NCBI GenBank assembly: GCA_947627355.1
Contig: CANQVX010000009.1
Location: 12,168-76,167 of the forward strand
Direction: 5' to 3'
Origin: an uncultured Bacilli bacterium
Lineage (GTDB): Bacteria; Bacillota_I; Bacilli_A; RFN20; CAG-631
DNA: 64,000 nucleotides
In this document: one piece after another, positions 32,283-41,067 of the stretch
How the letters are laid out: each line of letters opens with the position of its first letter
How positions within the stretch are numbered: the stretch's first letter is position 1
Position numbers and translations under genes: made by a program
The notes under the pieces: generated by a model
Databases searched by the model: none
The model's input: the letters and a program-made list of their open reading frames with translations, nothing else
Told to the model about the DNA's origin: nothing

Positions 32283-32879
32283 CTAATCTTTCTTACGATA
32301 ATTTACTTTATGACACTTACGGCATCTTGCTTCATAGCATTCTTTTGCTCCTACTAAAATAATAGGATCATCATAATATGCCGCTTCACCATTGATAAGT
32401 CTTTGAGTTCTTGTAGCTGGTGCTCCACATTTACTACAAACTGCACTAAGTTTAGTAACAAATTCAGCTTTAGCCATTAAAGCTGCTACAACTGGAAATG
32501 GTTCACCTCTAAAATCAGTATCTAAACCAGCAACAATAACTCTTTTTTTAGCATCGGCTAGATTTTCACAGATATCAACGATTTCCATATCAAAGAATTG
32601 AACTTCATCAATAACTACAACATCAATATTAGGATCATTAATAACATTTTTAATTGGTGTTAAATCATTAGAAACAACATAACTTTGATAATGACTGCCA
32701 GCATGAGAAGCAATTTCATCAACGCTATAACGATCATCAATACTTGGTTTAAAAACATGAATTCTTTGTTTTGCATATTCAAGAACTCTAATTCTTTGAA
32801 TTAATTCTTCTGTTTTTCCTGCAAACATACAACCAGTAATAACTTCAATCCATCCTAAATTATAGCGTCTATACATCAT
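32283..32879 (-). CDS. tdk: thymidine kinase
   Basis: 198 aa; P-loop GCMFAGKTEELI, C-terminal zinc ribbon CxxC...CxxC. Confidence 0.9.
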   Translation of the reverse strand: MMYRRYNLGWIEVITGCMFAGKTEELIQRIRVLEYAKQRIHVFKPSIDDRYSVDEIASHAGSHYQSYVVSNDLTPIKNVINDPNIDVVVIDEVQFFDMEIVDICENLADAKKRVIVAGLDTDFRGEPFPVVAALMAKAEFVTKLSAVCSKCGAPATRTQRLINGEAAYYDDPIILVGAKECYEARCRKCHKVNYRKKD

Positions 32880-33411
32880 TTTTATTTTCCCCCTCAGCCA
32901 CTATTTTTTCATATTTTTGATACAATTCATGAACTGTTTCGTGATTAAATGGAAACTCATGATTGATAATCATTTTCTTAACTTGACTAAATTTTGCTTT
33001 GATTATGTGATGTAAATCAAGTGAATAATCATACATATGACGATGCTTACGATATTCAAATTCATCTAATGATTTTATTTCATATGTAGGACTAACCTTG
33101 AAATCCAAATCATAATCAATATATTTAATACATTCTTCATCATAGATACATGGTGAAGCTATATTAACATAATAAAAAATGCCTTCATCGCGGAGCATAC
33201 AAACAACGTTGTACCATGATTTTTTAAAAAAGATGGAGATAGCAGGTTCGTTAGCACGCCATCTTCTACCATCTGATTCAACAACTAATGAATGAGTACT
33301 ACCACAGACTATATAATCTTCATTATCTTCGATTAAATAGGTTTGATACCAGGTTCGATGCACTTTTCCATTATGTTTAAAAGATATAATAACTATTTCT
33401 TTCATTGACAT
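32869..33411 (-). CDS. DUF402 (YgaC/Ntdp-like) nucleoside di/triphosphatase family protein
   Basis: 180 aa; HNGKVHRTW...ESDGRRW...EPAI..F.KK.WYN...YIDYDLDFKV pattern matching B. subtilis YgaC; overlaps tdk by 11 nt. Confidence 0.6.
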   Translation of the reverse strand: MSMKEIVIISFKHNGKVHRTWYQTYLIEDNEDYIVCGSTHSLVVESDGRRWRANEPAISIFFKKSWYNVVCMLRDEGIFYYVNIASPCIYDEECIKYIDYDLDFKVSPTYEIKSLDEFEYRKHRHMYDYSLDLHHIIKAKFSQVKKMIINHEFPFNHETVHELYQKYEKIVAEGENKNDV

Positions 33412-33525
33412 ATTTTAAAACCTCACGACAAAAATTATACCATGCTTTTAAGGTCTTTTAAATAACAATTAAAAGAATTTTTTAAAACAATTTCAAACAT
33501 ATATTTTTTCTTTTAAATTACTTGT

Positions 33526-33639
33526 TTTTTCACAATTGCGACACACTTACAGACACCATTTTTCACAATTGCGAGGGGTTTTAGAGTGCCGTTTTTCACA
33601 ATTGCGGGCACTTTTTAGGTGTCATTTTTCACAATTGCG
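33526..33639. repeat. four perfect 15-bp direct repeats TTTTTCACAATTGCG at exact 33-bp spacing with nested inverted repeats in the 18-bp spacers
   Basis: Copies at 33526-33540, 33559-33573, 33592-33606, 33625-33639; spacers contain GACACC (33552-33557)/GGTGTC (33618-33623) and AGTGCC/GGCACT flanking copy 3. Confidence 0.85.
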
Positions 33640-33809
33640 AGATTACAATAAAATTTTTTATAATAAAAGTATCCATTCTATCGACAAATTTTAAAGTTAA
33701 TGAAAACATTTAATAAAACAATTATTCCAAGGCTACCATTAATAATTATTGATAACTTTAATTTGCTATTTTTTGTTTTTAAATTTTCAGTCAATTTAAA
33801 TATATTTTA

Positions 33810-33845
33810 TTGCATAATAAAACCCAGTGTTTTCATTTCACTGGG
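33810..33845 (-). terminator. intrinsic terminator of the BI-1 family gene
   Basis: ACCCAGTG-8 nt-CACTGGGT hairpin followed on minus strand by TTTATTAT. Confidence 0.5.
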
Positions 33846-33882
33846 TAAATAATGATCTATTGAATTTTTAATTGCTTTGTAA

Positions 33883-34593
33883 TTAGTTTCTATTAGTTGA
33901 AGCAAAAATTCTAACAAGGTAAACAAAGATATTGATGAAATCAAGATATAAATGGAACGCACCATAAATTGCAAGAGATGAAGCATTAGGTGAATTATCC
34001 ATCATATTTTTAATCCATCTAACATCAAATGCTGTAAGTCCGCCAAAAATAATCAAACCAACGATTGATACAGCAAGCATTAAAGTATTGTTATACCAGA
34101 AAATAGCACTAACTATTGACATAATTAACAAACAAGCTAAGCCAATTAAGAAAAAGTTAGAAGCTTTGCTTAAAGCATTTTTAAATAACGAACTTAAAGC
34201 AGCCATTAAGCCAAAATAGCCAGCACTAATTAAGAATATATAAAACAAATCACGAGCAGAAACAATATAGAATAAAAATCCAAAAGTTAAACCATTTAAA
34301 GCAGCATACAAGAAAAACAAAACAATTGTTTTAGTTGTATTTAATCTAAATAAAGCATTTTTACTTAAACTAATTGCAATAACTATTTGAACAATACCAG
34401 TAACAATAATAAACGGAAATGATATACTTGCCATAATAGCATTAGGACTAAGACTAATTAAAAAAGCAAATAGGGCTGTTACTAAAACACCAGCAAACAT
34501 CCATAAAAACACTTTACTAAAATAAAAATTGGAACGTACCCTTGATTGGCTTTGTTCATCATAACTTTCATAGAATTGATTATCGTTATACAT
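33883..34593 (-). CDS. Bax inhibitor-1/YccA family membrane protein
   Basis: 236 aa, 7 TM, family C-terminal motif ...AFHLYLDFINIFVYLVRIF. Confidence 0.75.
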   Translation of the reverse strand: MYNDNQFYESYDEQSQSRVRSNFYFSKVFLWMFAGVLVTALFAFLISLSPNAIMASISFPFIIVTGIVQIVIAISLSKNALFRLNTTKTIVLFFLYAALNGLTFGFLFYIVSARDLFYIFLISAGYFGLMAALSSLFKNALSKASNFFLIGLACLLIMSIVSAIFWYNNTLMLAVSIVGLIIFGGLTAFDVRWIKNMMDNSPNASSLAIYGAFHLYLDFINIFVYLVRIFASTNRN

Positions 34594-34678
34594 TTAAAAA
34601 CCTCCTTACGAACTACTACTATTATAATTAGTTTTTCTATATAAATCTATACAAAAAATAAAAATATTAATATTTTTA

Positions 34679-35416
34679 TTAACACTTATTTTCAAGAGCA
34701 CAACTTGCTATTTTTTTATTTAAATAATCGATGCCATTTTGATTGAATTCATAACTGTTTTCTTGATAATATTTTTTGTTTTCTAGTAAAGATATATCAA
34801 CAAATGAAGCATTACTTAATAAACAGACTTCTTTTAATGAATCATTTAAATTATTAAATACTTTTTCAAGTTCAGTTAATTTATTAAAACTAGCATTATA
34901 ATAAGGTAAATAAAAGCCAACTAACATAATTTTAGCTTCATCATTTTTTAATTTAATTTCATCTATTATATGATAGGTATTTAAACTTGTTATTTCAATT
35001 TGTCGATTTAAAATGTCTAAATCATATTTTAATTCCTGATTAGTATATTTAATTTTGTCGGTCAAATCATTATTTCCTAGAAAAATAGTAATATAATTAG
35101 ATAAATTAATAACATCTGATATAGCAATCATTTTTTGATTACTACTTTTCTTAATGTTTTCTTGTAACATTTTAAGTAAATTGCTACTGCTACAATTATT
35201 AAAGACAAATGTATCATCACCTTTGGTTATCTTTTTATTATCAACACTATCTAACATATATTTCATATGTTCCTTAACATATAATTTTTGACCTATAACC
35301 ATATAAGTGTTTCTACTAATATTTGACTTATTTATTATTAAGGTAATCATTAAAATAATGCCTAGAATACAAAACATTGATAATGAATTAAAGATCTTTT
35401 TCTTATATTTTTTCAT
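34679..35416 (-). CDS. membrane-anchored protein with degenerate SGNH/GDSL-hydrolase-like blocks, function unknown
   Basis: 245 aa; N-terminal TM; block III-like IFLGNNDL but block I Ser apparently replaced (VIGQK); overlaps murA start by 14 nt. Confidence 0.3.
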   Translation of the reverse strand: MKKYKKKIFNSLSMFCILGIILMITLIINKSNISRNTYMVIGQKLYVKEHMKYMLDSVDNKKITKGDDTFVFNNCSSSNLLKMLQENIKKSSNQKMIAISDVINLSNYITIFLGNNDLTDKIKYTNQELKYDLDILNRQIEITSLNTYHIIDEIKLKNDEAKIMLVGFYLPYYNASFNKLTELEKVFNNLNDSLKEVCLLSNASFVDISLLENKKYYQENSYEFNQNGIDYLNKKIASCALENKC

Positions 35417-36668
35417 TGTCTATTATCCTTTCTATATGAACACCTAAGCTAGATAAATTTAAAACAATATCTTGATAACCTCTTTCTATTAATTCAGCAC
35501 TTGTTAAATATGAAACACCTTTAGACATCAAACAAGCAAGAAGCATACCTGCTCCTCCTCTTAAATCATTACATTTAATAGTGTTTGCTATTAACTTATC
35601 ACTTTTATCAATAAGCATGAAGTTATCGACAATTTTTACATTTGCATTTAACTTTTTTAATTCTTCAATATGCGATATTCTTTTAGAATATATGGTATCT
35701 ATTATCATACTTTGACCATCTGCTTTTAGTAATAATGGACAAATAACTTGTTGTAAGTCTGTTGGAAATGATGGGTATGGACCAGTTACAATTTTTACTG
35801 GCTTTAAGTTATTGGTTTCATATATTGTTATTTCGTTTTCTCTTATTTCCATATGAATACCCATTTCAATAAAAATCGAAAGTAATGATCTCACTTGTCT
35901 AGAAATAATATTAGTAATCGTTAACTTTTTTGCTAATGCTGCTCCATAAATTAGGTATGTTCCACATTCAATACGGTCAGGCATAATGGTATAAGTACAA
36001 CCATGCAGTCGATTATTTTTATGAATTATTATTGTTTTAGTACCTTCTCCATCAATATTTGCACCCATTTTCTTTAAAAACATTATAAAATCAACAATTT
36101 CAGGCTCGGTTGCAACATTTCTTAATACTGTTGTATCTTCTAACAAAACTGATGCTAGTATTAAATTAATAGTTGCTCCAACAGATGGAAATGATAGATT
36201 TATTTGTCTTGCTTTTAAATGATTATCACAAGAAATACAAACTTCATTATCAGTTTCAATTATTTTTGCTCCCATTTTTTCAAAACCATTTAGATGTATA
36301 TCAATTGGTCTATTTTGAAAATTACAGCCACCAGGTTTACAAATATTTACTTTTTCAAACAAAGCCAGAAATGCTCCCATGAAATAATATGATGCTCTGA
36401 GTTTTTTAATCTTATCAATTCTTAAATCCTTATAAACAACGTTTCTACCGTCAATTTTTAAGATATGGTCATTATAATCAACTTTACAATTCAAATAACG
36501 TAAAATGTCGAGTAAATCATGAATATCTGTAATATTTGGCACATTATTTAAGATTACTATATCTTTAGCAAGTATTGCTCCTACAACAATAGCAAGAGAT
36601 GCGTTTTTAGAGCCATTTATTTTAATTGTCCCATTTAGTTTAGTATTGTTTTCTACTTTATATATCAT
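35403..36668 (-). CDS. murA: UDP-N-acetylglucosamine 1-carboxyvinyltransferase
   Basis: 421 aa; MurA N-terminus GTIKINGSKNASLAI, catalytic-loop region KPGGC. Confidence 0.9.
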   Translation of the reverse strand: MIYKVENNTKLNGTIKINGSKNASLAIVVGAILAKDIVILNNVPNITDIHDLLDILRYLNCKVDYNDHILKIDGRNVVYKDLRIDKIKKLRASYYFMGAFLALFEKVNICKPGGCNFQNRPIDIHLNGFEKMGAKIIETDNEVCISCDNHLKARQINLSFPSVGATINLILASVLLEDTTVLRNVATEPEIVDFIMFLKKMGANIDGEGTKTIIIHKNNRLHGCTYTIMPDRIECGTYLIYGAALAKKLTITNIISRQVRSLLSIFIEMGIHMEIRENEITIYETNNLKPVKIVTGPYPSFPTDLQQVICPLLLKADGQSMIIDTIYSKRISHIEELKKLNANVKIVDNFMLIDKSDKLIANTIKCNDLRGGAGMLLACLMSKGVSYLTSAELIERGYQDIVLNLSSLGVHIERIIDNEKI

Positions 36669-36779
36669 TGTTATTTCACCTCAATTCATTCTATGAATTG
36701 ATATGCCATAACATGAAAAACATTTTATTAATGTTTTTTTAAGGTTTTTTTGATATACTTTAAATCGAGGTGCAAATTT

Positions 36780-38531
36780 ATGAAAATTCAACGAGTCCTA
36801 CTATTGAGTTTATTTTGTGTTGCTTCCCTTACATCATGTAATGAAAATTCAAACGAAATAAGCGTTTTACCATCTGTTGAACCTTTTAAAAACCAAGCTG
36901 AAGTTCGCTTCAGTTCTACTTTAGAATACACAACAGAAGATACTATCGGATATAAGATGCTTGTTCCATATACTGATACTTATCAAGTTAACTTTGGTAG
37001 TGTTGTTAAAAGTTATACTATTTTTGATGAAATTGGCAACGAAATCGAACAATCAACTAAATCTTTTGTAACAACCGAACTTCAAAAAGATAGTAGGATC
37101 TATGTTGTCCTAGAAGTTTTAAAGAATCATATCATTGAAACAACTGTTAAAGCTGTTAACCATGAAGCTGTTTTACCATATGATGTTGAATTTAGTCATA
37201 AACCAACCGATTTTAAAACAACAGGGGCTGCTAGTAGAAAAGCCACTGAAATAAAATATGTTAAAAGACCTAATGCCACATATGTTAATTCAAACAATCC
37301 AGAATTATTAACTAATGCTGATTTAAATCAAGCATTAACTAGAAATAATGTTACTGGTGAAGTCTTTTTTACTTTTGAACATAACAATGGTCCAACTCAA
37401 GCATTTTATTATGGCTATCAAGTAAAAAATGTAAGTAAGAAAAATATTTATATCACAATTAAAAATGTTGGTTTTCAATTAAATGGACCCGGCAGTTGGC
37501 TAGGTGAAGATGAATGGATTCAATTTTATAATACTAAATTTAATTTTGATACTTTTAATTGGAACGAACAACAAATGAAAACATTTAATGATTATTATGG
37601 TTTTTGTAACACTTATGAACCAAATTTATATCAACCTCAAACCATAGTTTTACCACCAAATGAAAAGATTTATGTCATGGGTGGAACAACATATGATAGT
37701 TATTTAAACTTCAATGCTTTCAATACAGCAAATAAATTAGTAAATGGCGGTTGTTCAAATGGTGCTGTTTTGTTTGATGTTGCAGGAGGTACAGCCCAAG
37801 CAACATTCTATGTTTATACTAGATATGATTTAATTGCTTATGAAACAGTTCATCAAGGCTATGTGGTAGAAAGAAATGGTAAAAATTTTGGAAGTCAATA
37901 CATTGGTTATGATACATGTAATGGAATAGTTGATAATGAAATGGTATTTGAATTTGATGATTCAACAATTGCTCAAAAATTACCAGTTACATTTACAAAT
38001 TATTATCAAGATCGTGTAAGTTATAATGGTGAACCATATGCAAAAATAAATAGCACAGCTCATAAACAAACCTTAACAGCTTGGACTACCCATAGTAATC
38101 CACAATACAATAGCACAGCTGTTGGAACAGACATGACACGATATATAACAATTGATGCTGTTACTAAAGATGAAGTTGTAATTGATTCTAACCATTATGA
38201 TGGAAACGGAAACATTGCCAATATTGGTAATTGGATGATTGATTATCAAGACCGTTATAACTTTGTAAACAAAGGTGATAAAGATAGAAAGATAGTTCTT
38301 TCTGAAAATGATGGTGGTTCAATTGCTGTTATGATTCGTGATGTCACAGGTAAAATATTAGATAAAAAATATACTTTTACAAGTGTTGAAAAATTCCCAT
38401 TTAACAATGAATATTATTCTTATTTATATACCTTAGATGTTCCAGCTCATAGTGTTATTCAAATAGCAATGGAATATAATTTATTAGCTAATTCTAATGG
38501 TGGAATAAGACATACAGTAAACTTAATTTAA
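36780..38531 (+). CDS. large secreted lipoprotein, unknown function
   Basis: Signal peptide with lipobox LTSC (MKIQRVLLLSLFCVASLTSC); about 580 aa Asn/Tyr/Gly-rich beta-type sequence; no recognisable catalytic motif. Confidence 0.5.
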   Translation: MKIQRVLLLSLFCVASLTSCNENSNEISVLPSVEPFKNQAEVRFSSTLEYTTEDTIGYKMLVPYTDTYQVNFGSVVKSYTIFDEIGNEIEQSTKSFVTTELQKDSRIYVVLEVLKNHIIETTVKAVNHEAVLPYDVEFSHKPTDFKTTGAASRKATEIKYVKRPNATYVNSNNPELLTNADLNQALTRNNVTGEVFFTFEHNNGPTQAFYYGYQVKNVSKKNIYITIKNVGFQLNGPGSWLGEDEWIQFYNTKFNFDTFNWNEQQMKTFNDYYGFCNTYEPNLYQPQTIVLPPNEKIYVMGGTTYDSYLNFNAFNTANKLVNGGCSNGAVLFDVAGGTAQATFYVYTRYDLIAYETVHQGYVVERNGKNFGSQYIGYDTCNGIVDNEMVFEFDDSTIAQKLPVTFTNYYQDRVSYNGEPYAKINSTAHKQTLTAWTTHSNPQYNSTAVGTDMTRYITIDAVTKDEVVIDSNHYDGNGNIANIGNWMIDYQDRYNFVNKGDKDRKIVLSENDGGSIAVMIRDVTGKILDKKYTFTSVEKFPFNNEYYSYLYTLDVPAHSVIQIAMEYNLLANSNGGIRHTVNLI

Positions 38532-38569
38532 TAAACTAAAGATTTAAAAAAAAGATGATGCTTTTGGCA

Positions 38570-39691
38570 TCATCTTTTTACACTTTTCAAACAACTATAA
38601 ATAACTTCAAGTCGATTTTTATACATTCGTTTAAATTGGAGATAATTTTCTAAATATTTAGGCTCTTTTAAATGCTCTTTAGCATAATTGAAAAACAATG
38701 TTTCAATTCTAAAAAATGATTCATAAGTTATAACAATAGTAGCGTTGTAAAGATATTGTTTATTAGCATAAACTAGTAATGGTGTTGAATGAGTTACATC
38801 GCTAGCTATTTCATACCATTTACGATAACTAGTAAGACCAGCAAGTTTTTGTAAACCACCTAAGAAGTTAAACTTAATTGATTCATCATTAATAGTTTTA
38901 CTTACCCAATGTAACCAACCATAGTTAATAAACTTTTCTTTATTAGATTTACTTACTTGTAGTGCTTCCATATCTTTTTTCATATTTTCTTCAATTTCAG
39001 CTATTTTTGCTTCATCAGTTATTTCATTACGATGATAAGAACCATATTCTAGATGTCTAAAATAAGCTTTTGATACTTCTTCATTAGAATCGTAAATAAC
39101 TTTTAAAACACATTCAAGTTCATGAAGAGTACGCCATGAACTCATTGCTTCAGTTTCCAGGCCACTAGTTAATTGATTCAAAGTACTTTTAATTAATAAC
39201 AAACATTTGGTAAAAATATCCATTAATAATTTATCTTTTGTAGTTTCAATTTTTAACGAGTAAAACAAGGTAAATAGTCGATTTATAAACATATTAAGAC
39301 TTGATATTTCAACCGAATATTTGCTTCTTAAAGATTTACCAATTAAATTATCATAATCATTAAAAATCAATTTATCATAGACTAAATAAACTAGTTCCTT
39401 AATATAATCAGGATTATTTTCTAAATTTTCTATATCTTCTTTTTTTACAAATTGTAGATTAAAGATATGTTCTTCACAAATATAAACACAGATATCATAA
39501 ACACTTAAGTTTTTAACCATAATGCTTTGAATGGATGTTTCTGAAATGAATTTTTTATATTTGGTATCAACTTCAATAAAAATTTTTTTAATAAATTCTT
39601 TTTTTAAAGGAATATTTGAACCATAAGCTTCCCAAAAAGCTTCAAATAAATTAAGATCGACAGCTAAAACAATGTCTTTTGAATTATCCAT
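38570..39691 (-). CDS. cytoplasmic alpha-helical protein, unknown function (lineage-specific)
   Basis: 373 aa, no TM, no motif I can place; divergent from flaR-like gene. Confidence 0.4.
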   Translation of the reverse strand: MDNSKDIVLAVDLNLFEAFWEAYGSNIPLKKEFIKKIFIEVDTKYKKFISETSIQSIMVKNLSVYDICVYICEEHIFNLQFVKKEDIENLENNPDYIKELVYLVYDKLIFNDYDNLIGKSLRSKYSVEISSLNMFINRLFTLFYSLKIETTKDKLLMDIFTKCLLLIKSTLNQLTSGLETEAMSSWRTLHELECVLKVIYDSNEEVSKAYFRHLEYGSYHRNEITDEAKIAEIEENMKKDMEALQVSKSNKEKFINYGWLHWVSKTINDESIKFNFLGGLQKLAGLTSYRKWYEIASDVTHSTPLLVYANKQYLYNATIVITYESFFRIETLFFNYAKEHLKEPKYLENYLQFKRMYKNRLEVIYSCLKSVKR

Positions 39692-39793
39692 ATCAAAACC
39701 ATCCTTTCAAGAAGTAGTATACACTATTTAAATAAACTTTTAAACAATTGTTATTGTAAATTGAAATGGTTATAATATAACCGAGGTAAGCTT

Positions 39794-40306
39794 ATGAAAA
39801 AAATAGTAATCTTAGGAAATTCAGGTAGTGGAAAGTCTACTTTAACTAAAAAGTTAGCAGATCTTTTAAACATGCCTTATTTACATCTTGATACTATTGT
39901 TTGGAAACATAATTGGACTGAAAATGAATATCATGAAATAGAAAATAAAATTAAAGATTTTATCGGTCAAAGCGAATGGATTTGTGATGGAAACTTTTTA
40001 AATAAAGTACCTGAAAGATTTAGTTTATGTGATACATTTATCTTTTTAGATATTCCAAGTTATAAATGTTATTTTCGAGTTATAAAACGTTATTTTAAAT
40101 ATAAAAATAAGCCTCGCGAATCAAGAAGTATCTATTGTAATGAAAAATTAAGCCTTGATTATTTAAAATGGGTTAAGAAGGGCTTTAAAAAACAAAGCCG
40201 TCCAAGAATATTAGAAATGCTTAAAACTACCGATAAAAAGGTTATTATTTTAAAAAACAAAAAAGAGATTAAAAACTTTTTAATCTCCCTCAGTAGTGGT
40301 TTCTGA
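39794..40306 (+). CDS. P-loop NMP-kinase-like protein (topology modulation protein FlaR family)
   Basis: 170 aa; N-terminus KKIVILGNSGSGKSTL, AK-like fold signature DGNF. Confidence 0.55.
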   Translation: MKKIVILGNSGSGKSTLTKKLADLLNMPYLHLDTIVWKHNWTENEYHEIENKIKDFIGQSEWICDGNFLNKVPERFSLCDTFIFLDIPSYKCYFRVIKRYFKYKNKPRESRSIYCNEKLSLDYLKWVKKGFKKQSRPRILEMLKTTDKKVIILKNKKEIKNFLISLSSGF

Positions 40307-40633
40307 TTGAATTTCTTTATTAATTCCTAAGACATGTGAAATAGGAAGTGAAAAGATAATTCCTTGGCCTAGGCTTTCAAGACCAGCTGCTTCATAGATA
40401 GCATGTAAGATTTGATCTCTATTTTCTTTTTCAATAATTATCATAACAATTTCTTTATCTGGTGAAATAACTATGCCATAAAACTTTTCGGTTTCAGCAT
40501 TACCAGTTCCTCTAGCATTTATGATGGTGCCACCACGGGCACCATTTTGTTTTGCGGTTTCCATTACAATATCAGTAAAACCATAATTTACGATACAAAA
40601 GATTGCTTCATATTGTTGATTTAAATTATCCAT
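40280..40633 (-). CDS. PII-like (GlnB-fold) signal transduction protein, copy 2
   Basis: 117 aa from ATG 40633 (AAGGA RBS); T-loop-like RGTGNAETE and C-terminal GQGIIFSLPISHVLGI matching the PII GxGxxF...V pattern. Confidence 0.55.
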   Translation of the reverse strand: MDNLNQQYEAIFCIVNYGFTDIVMETAKQNGARGGTIINARGTGNAETEKFYGIVISPDKEIVMIIIEKENRDQILHAIYEAAGLESLGQGIIFSLPISHVLGINKEIQSETTTEGD

Positions 40634-41048
40634 TAGTTGTTCCTTCTTTCTTTTCATTTACATGGGTTAAAAATTTATACATTGTAACTCCTACCATACT
40701 TGACATAGGAATTGTAAAGGAAATACCTCTTCCTTCATTTTTTAAAACATCTTTAATTTCTTCATAAAGTGGTTCAATTAAAGATTCACTTATAACACTT
40801 AAGATGACATCTTTACTTGATTCAGCGATACCTAATAAGTTTAATAATTCAGTTGGTGCTGTTCCGCGTCCTAAAACAACCATCGAAACATGTGCGTTAT
40901 GTTCTTGAAAGATACTTATAAACTTATCGCTCTTTTTTCTTTCTACCACTGTTATCATTAATTCTAACTTATTAACTTTAACTTCAGGGTTTGGTTTTTC
41001 ATGTTTTCGTTTTAGAAATGTCGGTAGAATCGAATGTTTTTTATCCAT
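40626..41048 (-). CDS. PII-like (GlnB-fold) signal transduction protein, copy 1, with about 30-aa N-terminal extension
   Basis: Start ATG 41048 (GAAAGG RBS); core LELMITVVERKK...GRGTAPTE...GRGISFTIPMSSMVGV. Confidence 0.5.
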   Translation of the reverse strand: MDKKHSILPTFLKRKHEKPNPEVKVNKLELMITVVERKKSDKFISIFQEHNAHVSMVVLGRGTAPTELLNLLGIAESSKDVILSVISESLIEPLYEEIKDVLKNEGRGISFTIPMSSMVGVTMYKFLTHVNEKKEGTTNG

Positions 41049-41067
41049 AGTAACCATCCTTTCTTAA

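Noticed and set aside
33526-33639. Possible CRISPR array (regular repeats with spacers)
   Set aside because: Repeats are only 15 bp and spacers 18 bp, far below CRISPR dimensions; no cas genes; spacers show mutual complementarity, so an iteron/regulatory array is more consistent.
33700-33852. 50-aa ORF (MKTFNKTIIPRLPL...) in the long intergenic region
   Set aside because: No credible RBS, extreme AT-driven composition, overlaps the BI-1 terminator hairpin; likely spurious.
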